Below are positions 13,481 through 25,126 of a DNA stretch of 64,000 nt, one piece after another; the stretch's first letter is position 1; every line of letters begins with the position of its first letter. The notes under the pieces were generated by a model that was not told the DNA's origin, did no database searches, and saw only the letters and a list, made by a program, of their open reading frames with translations. Origin of the DNA: Raillietiella orientalis (lineage: Eukaryota); contig JAYWIR010000049.1 of NCBI GenBank assembly GCA_036172245.1, forward strand, positions 1 to 64,000, written 5' to 3'. The position numbers were made by a program, and so were the translations under genes.

Positions 13481-14752
13481 CCGGCGTTGGCGCGGCGGCG
13501 GGTTGAACAGCTGGCGTGACGTGACACCGCATGGATCCGTCAGCTGAGCGAGTATCGATCGCCGGCACGCGTTTGATGGCCACGCTCCACGATTTCATGG
13601 TTGGGCGTGGCGCGACCTTTCCATTGCCCTTCACCACTTTCGCCGGTGCAAGCGCGGTTTTTTTAACGATTTTTCCTTTACGGGTGACCAGCTGCCAGCC
13701 TTCCTCGTCGGCATTCTTTTCCGGGAGCTCCTGTACCGAGTCCCTTTCCTGCTGCGCGACTTTTGTCGGAGCCGACGGCTGATCCCCTTTTGTGGGGTTT
13801 ATCACTATTTTTGCCTTCCCTTCCTTCTTTTGCGGAAGTTCCGGCGTTGGAGCGACGTTCATCGGGCACACCACTTTGGTGGTGCCCTTCGCGCCGCACG
13901 TTGGGAATACTGCGTCCGGGCACCGCTTTTTCAAATGCCCGAACGACTTTCCGGGCACCGCTTTTTCAAATGCCCGAACGACTTACAGTTTCCACAAAAT
14001 TTAGGTTTCCCCACAAATTAAATGTCGACGAACTCATCGCCAATTTGGAGCTTGTGGGAAAGCTGTACGCTTTCTGGAAGCGTCACGCGGGCGCCTTCTC
14101 GCCCACTAAATGCACCATTCACTCCGAAGGTGTTGGGCTTTCTCCATATCGCGAAAACGCTTGCGAATTTTTGCAGTTCAGCGCGGATGGCGTTCTCATC
14201 CATCCGCACTGTTGTCCCTGTTAGGTGGACCACAATGGAGTGGTCCACCGTGTGTGGGAGTAAATTTCTGCCCTCAAATTGTACGGGCGTGCAGAGCATC
14301 TTGTGGGTAAGAGCTGCGTCCTTGCAGATGAGCTCCGCCAACTGCCCTCGGCTCCGTATTGACAGGCAAAGTATTTCATGGTCGGCAATGCCCATCTTTG
14401 TGATGGCATTGCCGAACTTTCGCGGCCTTAACAGGGAATATAAATTTCTTACCTTGTAGAGGAGGGCCGGATTGTAGCCCTCCTGGATGTAGGATTGCAT
14501 TTCGGCGGCGAAATCGGGCGTTTCCGCCGCTGCCAACGCGCTCCAGGCCCTCGCCGTAGTGGCGGGTTCGGAAGTAGTGGTGGGGCGTGATCCCACCTCC
14601 TTTGGCTTGGGAGACGCGGTCTTTTCGCCTCCTTCACCTGAAACTGCGGCGTTCACAGGGATTTCTTCCTGTCAACGGCCCCGAAACACATACGAAACAC
14701 CAGAAAAGTAAAACTTCCCATCCACGGAGCGCACAACAATTGCGTCCGCCGT
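13478..14752 (-). mobile_element. Element E1: 5' end plus N-terminal ORF1, 3'-truncated
   Basis: Near-identical to 34097-35320; starts ACGGCGGACGCA; abuts J through a gcgcc microhomology. Confidence 0.9.
13915..13984. repeat. 35-bp direct tandem duplication frameshifting the E1 zinc knuckle
   Basis: tccgggcaccgctttttcaaatgcccgaacgactt occurs twice here and once in E2 at about 34518-34552. Confidence 0.92.
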
Positions 14753-17700
14753 TTGCCATTTGGCACCCGGATATGCCGGGGCATTTATTATTCTAATTTT
14801 TTACGAAAATTAGATAATAAAGTCTTTAAAAAGATGTTTTCCGTGGGAAAACACTGGGTTCTCCCACCTTGCTCGACGTGTCGTTTGCCGGTGCATAGAC
14901 CGCTTAGGTCCATTCCCGAGGCGCATGCGGAGGGAAAACTAGAACGACAACAAACAAAAAGAGCGATTACGGGGAGGGAAACAGTTATATGGGGAGAAGA
15001 GGGGCAGGAAAGGGATCACTGGGCGCCTGGGTCGGTCCTCCGCATCCTGTTGAGGATGCAGTCAAGTTCGGTTTTTATTGTGAAAGGTAGACGCCACCTT
15101 GTCGCCGTCTCTAAAGAGATCGTCGTCCAGTGGATGGCGTCCCTGCATCTTGGGCCTCTTCTTCTGGCGTGCCACCTTTGCACAATGCCGCGCACGCAGC
15201 AGAGGACTGCTAGAGACTCAGCGGGGCGCAGGCCGTCACGCAGAAAGAGGCGACGGTAAATTTCCTTAGGGTCGCCTACTGGAAGATGGAGGATTGGGGC
15301 GATTCAACTTCAGAGTCCATCCAGGGCGACACACTCGAGGATGAGATGCGGGAAGGTTTCTCTTTCTCCGCACTCAACACAGCGGGCATCCACATTCCCC
15401 AGTGTCCAGTGAGACAGGCGTGCTCTCCTTAACAGTCCCCAGGGCAGAAATAGAGCTCCTCCTAGTGTTTTTTAGGGAGGACAGAACGGGGACAAGGAAG
15501 CTGAAGGAATCCGACAGAAACTTCCGGGGCGTGTTGATAATCTCCTGCAGCGGCTGTCGAGCGTCGGTCCTCGTCGTAGGCAGTTGTATTCCGCCTCGCT
15601 CGTTCCGTTGATCTTAGCCCACGCGGAAGCTGACTCCTGAAGCCAGGCAGTGCAGTTCGCGGGGATGCAGGAGATCCAGGTATTCTCCCTGATCAGGGCG
15701 ACCATCTGGCGCAAATCGGGACCACAGTTGGAGAGGCTGCGCTGGTAGGCCACGAGGATCGAGGACAATCCTTTGCAGCCGGTCGCTCTTCTGGCGAGGA
15801 GCCGTGCCGGATCGCACAATGGCGTCATCCATAAGCTAGCCGCAAGGGCTAACTTTCGAATTCTTGTTTGAAGTTGGATGCGCTCCAACGTAAGGAGGCC
15901 CAAGCCACCATCCCTGCGTGGAGCGCACAAGTCTTTCAATCGGACTCGCGACCTTGCTGTGCCCCAAAGGGCAGTCCTCAAGAGGGCTTTGGTCCGTCTC
16001 TGTAAGATGAGAGGGGCGGGGCAAACAAAAAGTAAGGGGCAAACCAGTGGGACCGCGAACGCGTTCCACACCGCGGCCCGCTCCTGCAAGTAAAACTTGC
16101 CGTTCCGGAACGGGCCGATCGCCAACTCTACCTTTTGGAGACGGTCGGACCAGGCTTCTGCAACGCAGAAGTCCCCCAACGGAACGCCAAAGTACTTGAA
16201 GCACCTGCCCGTGGGGATCCCCAAGCGGATCCAGTCCAGCCGTCCGGCCCACGCCGTATTGTTTAAAAGTTGTGGTGATGTTGGAACGATGGAAGATTTC
16301 TCTCTGTTCACCTCGAGGCCCGTCCCGCGGCGCAGCAACTCAAAGAAATCTTCGAGCGCCGACGCCGGGGTGGACCCGGGGAGCAGCAGCAGAAGGTCGT
16401 CCGCGTACGCTGAAACGGCCGGCGTAACGGCACATTCGTGCCGCAGGTGCGCCAGAGTTTCCTTGTACGCTCCCAGTACCAACTCAAAGTCGGTACTGAA
16501 GAGCAAGGGGCTCACGCTGTCTCCTTGCCGGATCCCAGGTCGAACCGGCACGCCGTGCACTGTCTGCCCGCTGAAAGAAACGTTGATGAGCGCGTCGCGC
16601 CAGCTGGAGCGCAGATAGGCCACTAATGATTCCGCGAAGCCCAAGCGTTCCAGAAGCTCTAGAAGAAGATTCTGGTCGACGCAATCGAATGCTTTCCGCA
16701 AGTCGATTGCGACCGCAAGGGCTCCTTACCCCACCCGACCATTCGACCCCTTGAAGGCTCACGCACCGGAATTCCGGCTGCGCACCAAGCTCCTTACTTG
16801 TTGGAGCTCTAGCCAGGTGGAACCGTGGAACAGGTTGGTCTGCATGCTTCGTCCGGAAACAGCATATGTCTGTTCCGGGCTGATGAAGATGTTGGCAACC
16901 CGTCCCAGACGCTCTGCCCAAACCTTTGCTAGAAACTTGGCGTCCTTATTCACTATTGCGATGGGACCCCAGTTGTTCATGCTCCTCAGATCTCCTCCCT
17001 TAGGGAGCAGCCGCACCCTTGCCGAACGAAACGAGGCGGGAACGTCACCTGTTTCGCGTAGCAGCAAGGTGAGTTGCTGTACCAGGTGGGTAAGCTCAGC
17101 CGCGAAAGTTTTATAAAACTCCGCGGGCAGGCCGTCCTCTCCTGGAGCCTTTCGCCTCTTGAGCTTTCCGATGGCCGAGAGGATCTCGTCCATCGTGGAA
17201 GGCTCGACGATGGTCTTTCTCTGCTCCTCCCCGATCGCTGGAGCGCCTTTGGAAGCAGGAGTCGTAAGGCGTTCCTCTCCGGAGGTGCCCTGGCATACAG
17301 GGAGGAGTAGTAAGTCCGCAGCAGGCCGCGGATTTGGGCAGGTGCCGAGTGCTCCTGGCCCTGATCGTCCCGTAAGCTGGCCGATCCGGAATGCCAGGCT
17401 TGCCTCTCGGCTCCCGCTTTGTATTCCGCCAGCCTGCGGATGTCGGGGGTCCTGGCGTAACTACGGGCCTGCAGGTAGGCTTGTTCGTTGCGGACCCCGG
17501 TCCAAAAACCCGTAGGTAGGCGGTGCAGAGGGAACGGTTCGCAGAACTCCTCCATCGTCCGCTTGAAGCGGTCTCAATCCTGCAGTGTCCGCAGCCTGAA
17601 GCTCCGTATGAACGTGCGGAGATATTCCTCCGCGTCCGGGAGCTTCAGCCAGTCCCCTGGGAGACGTCACGCTGACGAGGGTGGGGCCCTGTCGCGCGGA

Positions 17701-18964
17701 TGGATCTCGAGAACTAGGGGGCGATGGTCGGACAGCTCGCACGGTAACTTGCCGCGCCTGCCCACGAGAGGGCACAGGTGCTCGTGAAGAAACACGTGGT
17801 CAATGCTGTATTACATTCCCGGTGCTCTGGCCAACAAATTACTGGTGTGCCTTGACATGGACAGCTCGTTGACCAGGTCACGCTGGGGATTCTGCCCATC
17901 TGGTTTCAGGCGAACGTTGAAATCTCCTGCAACCAGATGGGCATTCGGCACGCCTGCTTCGGTCAGCCAGTCTCGCCGTAGGGCAAGGAAAAACTGTTTC
18001 CTCGCCCTCCTGGTCATCAGGTCCTTGCCGCTCGGTGCGTACACGTTCGTGACGATCAGATCGATCGAGTGGGACCACCTCAGAGTCAGCTGGCCGACAC
18101 GACCGTGATCGTCGTACCGCACGCTTTGAGCCGCGGCCTCGAGGGCTGGCCGAAGCAAGTACGCGACACCGCAACTTTTCGTTCTTCCACACCTCTACCA
18201 TAGCCGCCCTCCGAAGATCCGTTCGATCTGTTGCGCTTGTTCTGCAGGGATCACGTCGATCTCCTGCAGCAGCGCAAGGTCGTAGGACTCCAGTAGGGCG
18301 GCCATGTCTCGTCTCCGGCCGGCGTCTGTCATGTTGTTCACGTTCCAAACGGCGATGCGCAGACGACGGCGGGAGGACATTCCCGGCATTACTGCTGGGA
18401 AGATTAAGGTGTGGAGGAGCCCGCTTCTTGCGAGGCGGGCGGGATGTCCATGGGGGTTTCGGCCTTCTCAGGCAACTGAGGCACCTGTTCGGCCTCCACT
18501 CCCTCCATCCTCTCCGTGTCGGCTCGTGGGAGTCTCTCGGGCGACGGGTCCCGAGAGTTTCCCACGCTCATGGCACCCTCGCTTGCGGAAACCATCTCTT
18601 CCCCGTCGACGGGGGAGACGAGCTACCTCGGCTTTGTGGACTTACGTCCAGCCTTCTTGCGTGGTGCCGTGAAAACCGAGGCTGCGCTTCCGGCCTCCAC
18701 CTTGGGGTCGGGAATGGGGGATTCCTGAGGGGAGGCCGGACGCCTTACGGCCTAATTGCCAGCCTTGGAGGGTTCCGGCTGCAACGAGGCAGCCAGCTCT
18801 AACGCGGGTCGCGTGAAGGCTACCTTATCGATGGTGGTACCGATGACGGACGCCGCAGCCGGCTCGCTCCCCTCGCTGTTGACAAAGTCAACAGAGCTGT
18901 TGTCGTCGGTAGCCGCGAGTTCTTTTTCGCAGCGCTAGGGAATACGCTCCACGACAACGGTGCA
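14753..18964 (-). mobile_element. Element A2, 3' segment: ORF1 C-terminus plus ORF2; family A sequence upstream of YADD and family E sequence downstream
   Basis: EN and RT motifs (RKAFD, QGDSVSP, YADD); 14753-16380 matches 22045-23890 apart from an approx. 225-bp deletion near 15455; 16385-18770 matches 41030-43418. Confidence 0.9.
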
Positions 18965-21900
18965 CGGACGTGTTCTGTGTTGGTCCTCGAACGCGATTCC
19001 TTTCCGTCTTCTTTGTGCGTGGTGTGCCCGAGTGCGTCCACTGGGATGTCCACGGAGCCCCTGCAGCAAAAGATGGATGTGAAGGCTGCTATTGGCAGTG
19101 AAGACTCTACTCCAGATGTCGGGTCCGCCTCTGATTCTTGTGTCTCGCCACCGGCGAGAAGCTTCGCCGCCGTCGTCAAGGCAGCGGCAGCCAACGGAGC
19201 ACCGCCCGACGAAGCGGAGCTGCAGGCATATGCAGCCCATGGCTACAAGCCTGCGCTCTGCTATCCGGTGAGTGCTGCGATCTCCGACGGGGTTGGAGAA
19301 AATTTGTGGGACGAGCTTTTGCGCGTCGAGTTCCGACAGGACGACCTCCTGGCCGTCATGCCGGTTAACGCGCTCGGACACTGGGAGGTGCACTGCAAAG
19401 AGGCATCCCTAGTCCAGCGCCTTCTTCGAACCACGCTAAATATCCGCGGGAAGGAGGTCGTCCCGTCGGCCATGGACCAGTCTTTCGTGGTCCGATTATC
19501 CGCCGTCCAGGTTGACACGCCCGATCGCGTGCTCGTCGATGCACTTAGTGCATTCGCCACGGTGCACGCGCTGTGGAGAGCAGACAATCCAATCAAAAGG
19601 ATTGCATCTCTCCACAGCGGACTTGCCATGGCGCGTGCCACCATGGCGGATAGGAGGCAAATGCCTCCGCACTTGCAGGTGGGCGATGCGATCGTCCACC
19701 TTAAATTTGCCGGTCAGCGACCGGCTTACGGCATTTGCGGCGCAGAGGGCCACCGTCCGTGGACGTGCCCTCCTCGCAACTGCCGCTATTGTAAACAGCT
19801 CGGCCACTCCATTAAAGAGTGCGCCGAGCTGAAGAGAAAGAGGCAGGCGAAAAGCCGCCAACAATCGACCCCGTCCGCGCCGAAAAGATCCCCGTTGTGC
19901 TACTGGAGAAATCGGGCGCGAAGGGTGGGGCATCTTCAAGTGGAGGTCCCGCGAAAAAGTACGCGGTTGCTTCAGGGAAGCCACAGTCCCAGAAAACCGC
20001 GCCGACGGGAAAGATGCCTCGTCGTCCTGGGGGCAAATCGCCTCCTTCGAAGCAGCCTAAGAGTGCGAAGACGCACTCAATCAAGGCTGCTGAACCTTCC
20101 TCTTCGGCTTCCGCGTCCAGCTGAGCGCACGGGAAACCGTGCGCGGGTATCCTCGGAACTGCCACTGAACGGCAGTCTCCTCCTACGGCGGTGGAGATCA
20201 CCTCTTCCACGCCGAAGGGACGAGCAGCGAAGGCTGCATTAGCGCCTCGCGGGACGACGGCGATGACCGCCGTTTCGCCCGCATCGGCTAAGAAGCAGGT
20301 ACAGCGCGTAACGGGGACGGAGCCGTCTCCCGTATCGAGCGCGCACCCCTAGCCGGAATCACCGGCCAAACAATTGAGGGAGGCGTCGGCCTCCCAGGAG
20401 GGCGTCCCCGACGCGGGCTGGACTCGAGTCTCCAGGACTCCAACAAAAGGGAAGAAGAAGGTTGACCCTTCAATATTCCCCATCCTTAAGGTGGGTGGGA
20501 GTTAAAAGAGAAGCACGCCGAAGAAGGTGCGTTCACAGGTACGCACTACGGCTGCGTGCTGTGTCTCCGTCGCTTCGCGCGAGAGGGCGGCTGCAAAAGC
20601 CAAAGCTCCGGAAGCTGCGTTCGCGACTGCGACGACCCTCGCGCGGGCAGGGCATGTCCCCACCTGCTTAAACAAAAAGAGACTGGCAAAACGTCAGTCT
20701 CGCGCCAGGCACTCCGACTCCGAGGTGGAGTCCGAGTGCAAACAAATGGAGCGCGCATCCCGGGGTAAGCCGGTAGCGCGCCGTGCAAAGGTGCGAAGGA
20801 ACGAGCCTGTTGCCGGAGGCGGTTCCGGCTCGTGCACGGAGACCGAGACGATAATCCTCGGCTCCCAGGACTCAGCTGGGCGCGATGTGGCGGCGAATGG
20901 GAGCGATTCCGCTTCCCAATCCGCTCTCCCACCAGCTGACTTCTCGCCGGACGAAGCGAGGAGCACGCCGTCATGTCCGCATCAGTGATGCGTGTTCTCG
21001 CGTCCGCTCGTCGCTTCAGCGTGGCCTGTTGGAACGTCAACGGGCTACGCGACGCTGACAAAAGGCGGACGGTAGCCAACGCTTTGCGCGCGTTCGATCT
21101 GGTTCTGCCGCAGGAGATACATAGCATCTCCGAACGGCAGGCATCGGATCTGGAAAAGCGCGCGGGCGGGACGCTACACTGGCGGCAAGGCTCCGCACAC
21201 ACGTGCGGAGTCGCGTTCCTCGTCCGAGGCAGGGTGGCGGAGGCAAGACGGAACGTTTGTTTCGACGAGGAACGTCGTGTGGGCCAACTTGTCCTCAAGT
21301 GGTCGGAATCGATCGACCTTGTCGTTACGAACATCTACTCGCCGAGTGGCGGCCGGCATTACGCCCAACGAATCGCATTCCTGGGTGGCCTGCGCAGCCG
21401 CTGGCTCGTTGACTCCGGCCCTAACGTGGCGCACCTACTTGCAAGAGACTTCAACGTCCACCTGCTTACGGAGGAGAGATGCCGCTTGAGGGAGAAGCAA
21501 CTGGTGAGCGACGTATGCGCGTCCGTGCGCGTGCAAAACTAGCTTGCTGGTGAGCCCGGGATGGAGAGATTGCCGGACCATGCCTTCCTCGATGAACACC
21601 TGCTCTCACGAGTAGGTCGGAGAGGGCGCCTGCTGTCCGAGATGTCGGATCATCCGAGACTGAAGTTCGAGCTCCTCCCGCCTGGCAAAGGGACTCCGAT
21701 GAATCTCTGGAGGTTGCGGCCGACTGGATTAGCAATCCGGAGGCGGCGGAGCATCTTCGCCAGCACATCCGGGGCTTCTCCATCCGTGAACTCGAGGACT
21801 GGGATGATCTGAAAAGATCGATCCGCGATTTCTGCTGCCGTTTCCGCTTCCACCTGCTTCCCCGCAGCTTTGGTGAGGGTGTCGCGAACAGCAGATCCTT

Positions 21901-22044
21901 TCTGCAGGCGCGTTCCTTCTCCCGATGCCCGGAAGTCTGGCGTTTGGCGGAGTACAAGGTTAGGGCCGAGCGCCAGGTTTGGCTGTCTGGAGCGGCTTGT
22001 CTGCTCGATGACGCTGGCCAGGAATGCTCGACTGCATCCGAAGT
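18965..22044 (+). mobile_element. Element H, 5' segment: 5' end, ORF1, EN; continues at 35321
   Basis: Starts CGGACGTG after TSD acgacaacggtgca (18951-18964); ORF2 breaks at ECSTASEV and resumes RVVKRYFSSLY at 35321. Confidence 0.9.
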
Positions 22045-25039
22045 TTGCCACCCGGATATGCCGGGGCATTTATTATTCTAATTTTCTACAAAAATTAGAT
22101 AATAAAGTCTTTCAAAAGTTAATTGTGGGAAACACTTGGTTTTCCCGGCTTGGTTGACGTGTCTGTTGCCGGTGCATAGACCGGTTAGGTCCATTCCCGA
22201 GGCGCATGGGAAGGGAAAACTAAAACAAAAACAAACAAAAAGAGAGATAACGGGGGGGGAAACAGTTGTATGGGGAGAGGCGGGGCAGGGAAGGGATTAC
22301 TGAGCGCCTGGGTCGGTCCTCCGCATCCTGTTGAGGATGCAGTCAAGTTCACTTTTTATCGTGAAAGGTAGAGGCCACCTTGTCGCCGTCTCTAAAGAGA
22401 TCGTCGTCCAGTGGATGGCGTCCCTGCATCTTGGGCCTCTTCTTCTGGCGTGCCACCTTTGCACAATGCCGCGCACGCAGCAAAGGACTGCTAGAGACGC
22501 AGCGGGGCGCAGGCCGTCACGCAGAAAGAGGCGACGGTAAATTTCCATAGGGTCGCCTACTGGAAGGTGGAGGATTGGGGCGATTCGACTCCAGAGTCCA
22601 TCCAGGGCGACACACTCGAGGGTGAGATGCGGGAAGGTTTCTCTTTCTCCGCACTCGACACAGCAGGCATCCACATTTCCCAGTGTCCAGTGAGACAGGC
22701 GTGCTCTGCTTAACAGTCCCCAGTGCAGAAATAGCAACGCCGTCTCCTGCCGCTTCAACGGAAGTGTGGCGCAATCCCAACACGCTGGGGGCCACTTCAC
22801 CTCCTCCGCAGGTATTGCGAGCAGCTCTCCCCAGCGAGCAAGTCCGTGAGGCGGGACGCTCGGAGTGGCAGCGTTAGTGAGCTCCCGAGTCGTCCACGCC
22901 TTTAAAGGTTTTTTCCTGCCTCGGATGAGGCAGGACACTTCCCACGATGCCAGCTCGTTGCTGCTCCTACTGTTTTTCAGGGAGGACAGAACGGGGGCAA
23001 GGGGGCTGGAAGAAGCCCACAGAAACTTCCGGGGCGTGTTGATAATATCCTGCAGCGGCTGTCGAGCGTACGGTCCTCGTCGTAGGCAGTTGTATTCCGC
23101 CTCGCTCGTGCCGTTGATCTTAGCCCACCCGGAAGCTGACTCCTGAAGTCAGGCAGTGCAGTTCGCGGGGATGCAGGAGATCCAGGTATTCTCCCTCATC
23201 AGGGCGACCATCTGGCGCAAATCGGGGCCACAGTTGGAGAGGCTGCGCTGGTAGGCCACGAGGTTCGAGGACAATCCTTCGCAGCCGGTCGCTCTTCTGG
23301 CGACGAGCCGTGCCGGATCGCACAATGGCGTCATCCATAAGCTAGCCGCAAGGGCTAACTTTCGAATTGTTGTTTAAAGTTGGATGCGCTCCAACGTAAG
23401 GAGACCCAAGCCACCATCCCTGCGTGGAGCGCACAAGTCTTTCAATCGGACTCGCGACCTCGCTGTGCCCCAAAGGGCAGTCCTCAAGAGGGCTTTGGTC
23501 CGTCTCTGTATGATGGGAATGGCGGGGCAAACAAAAAGTAAGGGGCGAAGGAGGGGGGCCGCGAACGCGTTCCACACCGCGGCCCGCTCCTGCAAGTAAA
23601 ACTTGCTGTTCCGGAACGGGCCGATCGCCAACTCCACCTTTTGGAGACGGTCGGACCAGGCTTCTGCAACGCAGAAGTCCCCCAACGGAACGCCAAGGTA
23701 CTTGAAGCACCTGCCCGTGGGGATCCCCAAGCGGATCCAGTCCGGCCGTCCGGCCCACGCCGCATGGTTGAATAGTTGTGGTGATGTTGTAACGATGGAA
23801 GAACAGAGAGAACTCTGTTCACCTCGAGGCCCGTCCCGCGGCGCAGCAACTCAAAGAAATCTTCGAGCGCCGACGCCGGGGTGGACCCGGGGAGCAGGAG
23901 CAGAAGGTCGTCGGCGTAGGCCGACACGGCAGACGTGCCGGGACACGAGCTTGGCAGGGTTGCCAGCGTCTCCCTGTATGCCCTCAGCACCAGCTCGAAG
24001 TAGATGCTGAAGAGCAAGGGGCTCAGACTGTCACCCTGCCTTATGCCACGCCGAACCGGCACGCCGTACACGTGCCGGCCGCTAAAAGAGATGTTTATTA
24101 GAGCGAAGCGCCAGCAGGAGCTCAGGTAAGCCCGGAAGACGGCCGGGAATCCCAAGTGTTCCTGGAGCTCCAGAAGCAGTTCCTGGTCGACGCAATCGAA
24201 CGCTTTACGCAGATCGACTGCGACCGCAAGGGCACCGGGCGCGGCTCTTCCATGAAGGGCGTCCCCTCCCTGGTCAGAGGAGAATCCAGGATTCTCTTGA
24301 CCTCCCTGTTCTTCGCTTTGTTGCAACTGCCACCATGTACTGGCGAGGAACAGGTTGGCCTCCATGCTTCGTCCGGGAACAGCGTATGTCTGCTCCAGAC
24401 TCACCACGGATTCCGCCACCCGTCCCAGTCGCTCAGCCCAAAGCTTGGCAAGCAACTTCGCATCCGCATTCACTACTGTGATGGGACGCCAGTAGCCTAC
24501 ATTGCGATTGTCTCCTCCTTTCGGCAGGAGACCTACTACAGCTGACCGGAACGATTTGGGGACGTCCCCTTGTTCTCGGATCAGCATGCATAGCCGATGC
24601 ACCAGGGGGGCCAGCTCCGCCACGAAGCCTTGGTAGAACTCCGCGGGCAGACCGTCTTCCCCTGGTGCTTTTCTCTTTCGGAGCCTTCCGATGGCGGAGA
24701 CGATCTCCGCCATCGAGAAAGGCTCGCGAGTTCATGTGCCTGCTCCTCCTGCAGCGCGGGGGCGCCTTGCGGCAGCAAGCGCTGCTCCACGGCGCGCTCG
24801 GTTGTTCTACGCGCGTACAAAGAGGAGTAATAGTCCCGCAGGATGCGGTTTATTCTCGCCGGAGCTGAGCATTCTTGGCCTTGGGCGTCCAGCAAGCTGG
24901 GCGACCCGGATTGCCAGGTCTGTCGCTCAGCCCCAGCTTTATACTCCGCCAGGCGTCGAACGTCGGGAGTCCTAGAGTAAAGACGGGCGTGGTGGTATGC
25001 CCGGTCGTTCCTCAGCCCTCCGCCGAATCCCTTGGCGAG
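22045..25039 (-). mobile_element. Element E2, 3' segment: RT, C-terminal CCHC and 3' UTR
   Basis: KAPGEDGL, DLRKAFD, QGDSLSP, YADD, CVECGERETFPHLTLEC; terminus aataaatgccccggcatatccgggtggcaa. Confidence 0.9.
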
Positions 25040-25126
25040 TGGACGTGTGTTTCCTTCGCTCCCGAGTGAGTCGACAGGAAGCGGTTTTTTGTTGTGTTGT
25101 TCAGTGTGGAACATCGTTGGTGTCCG

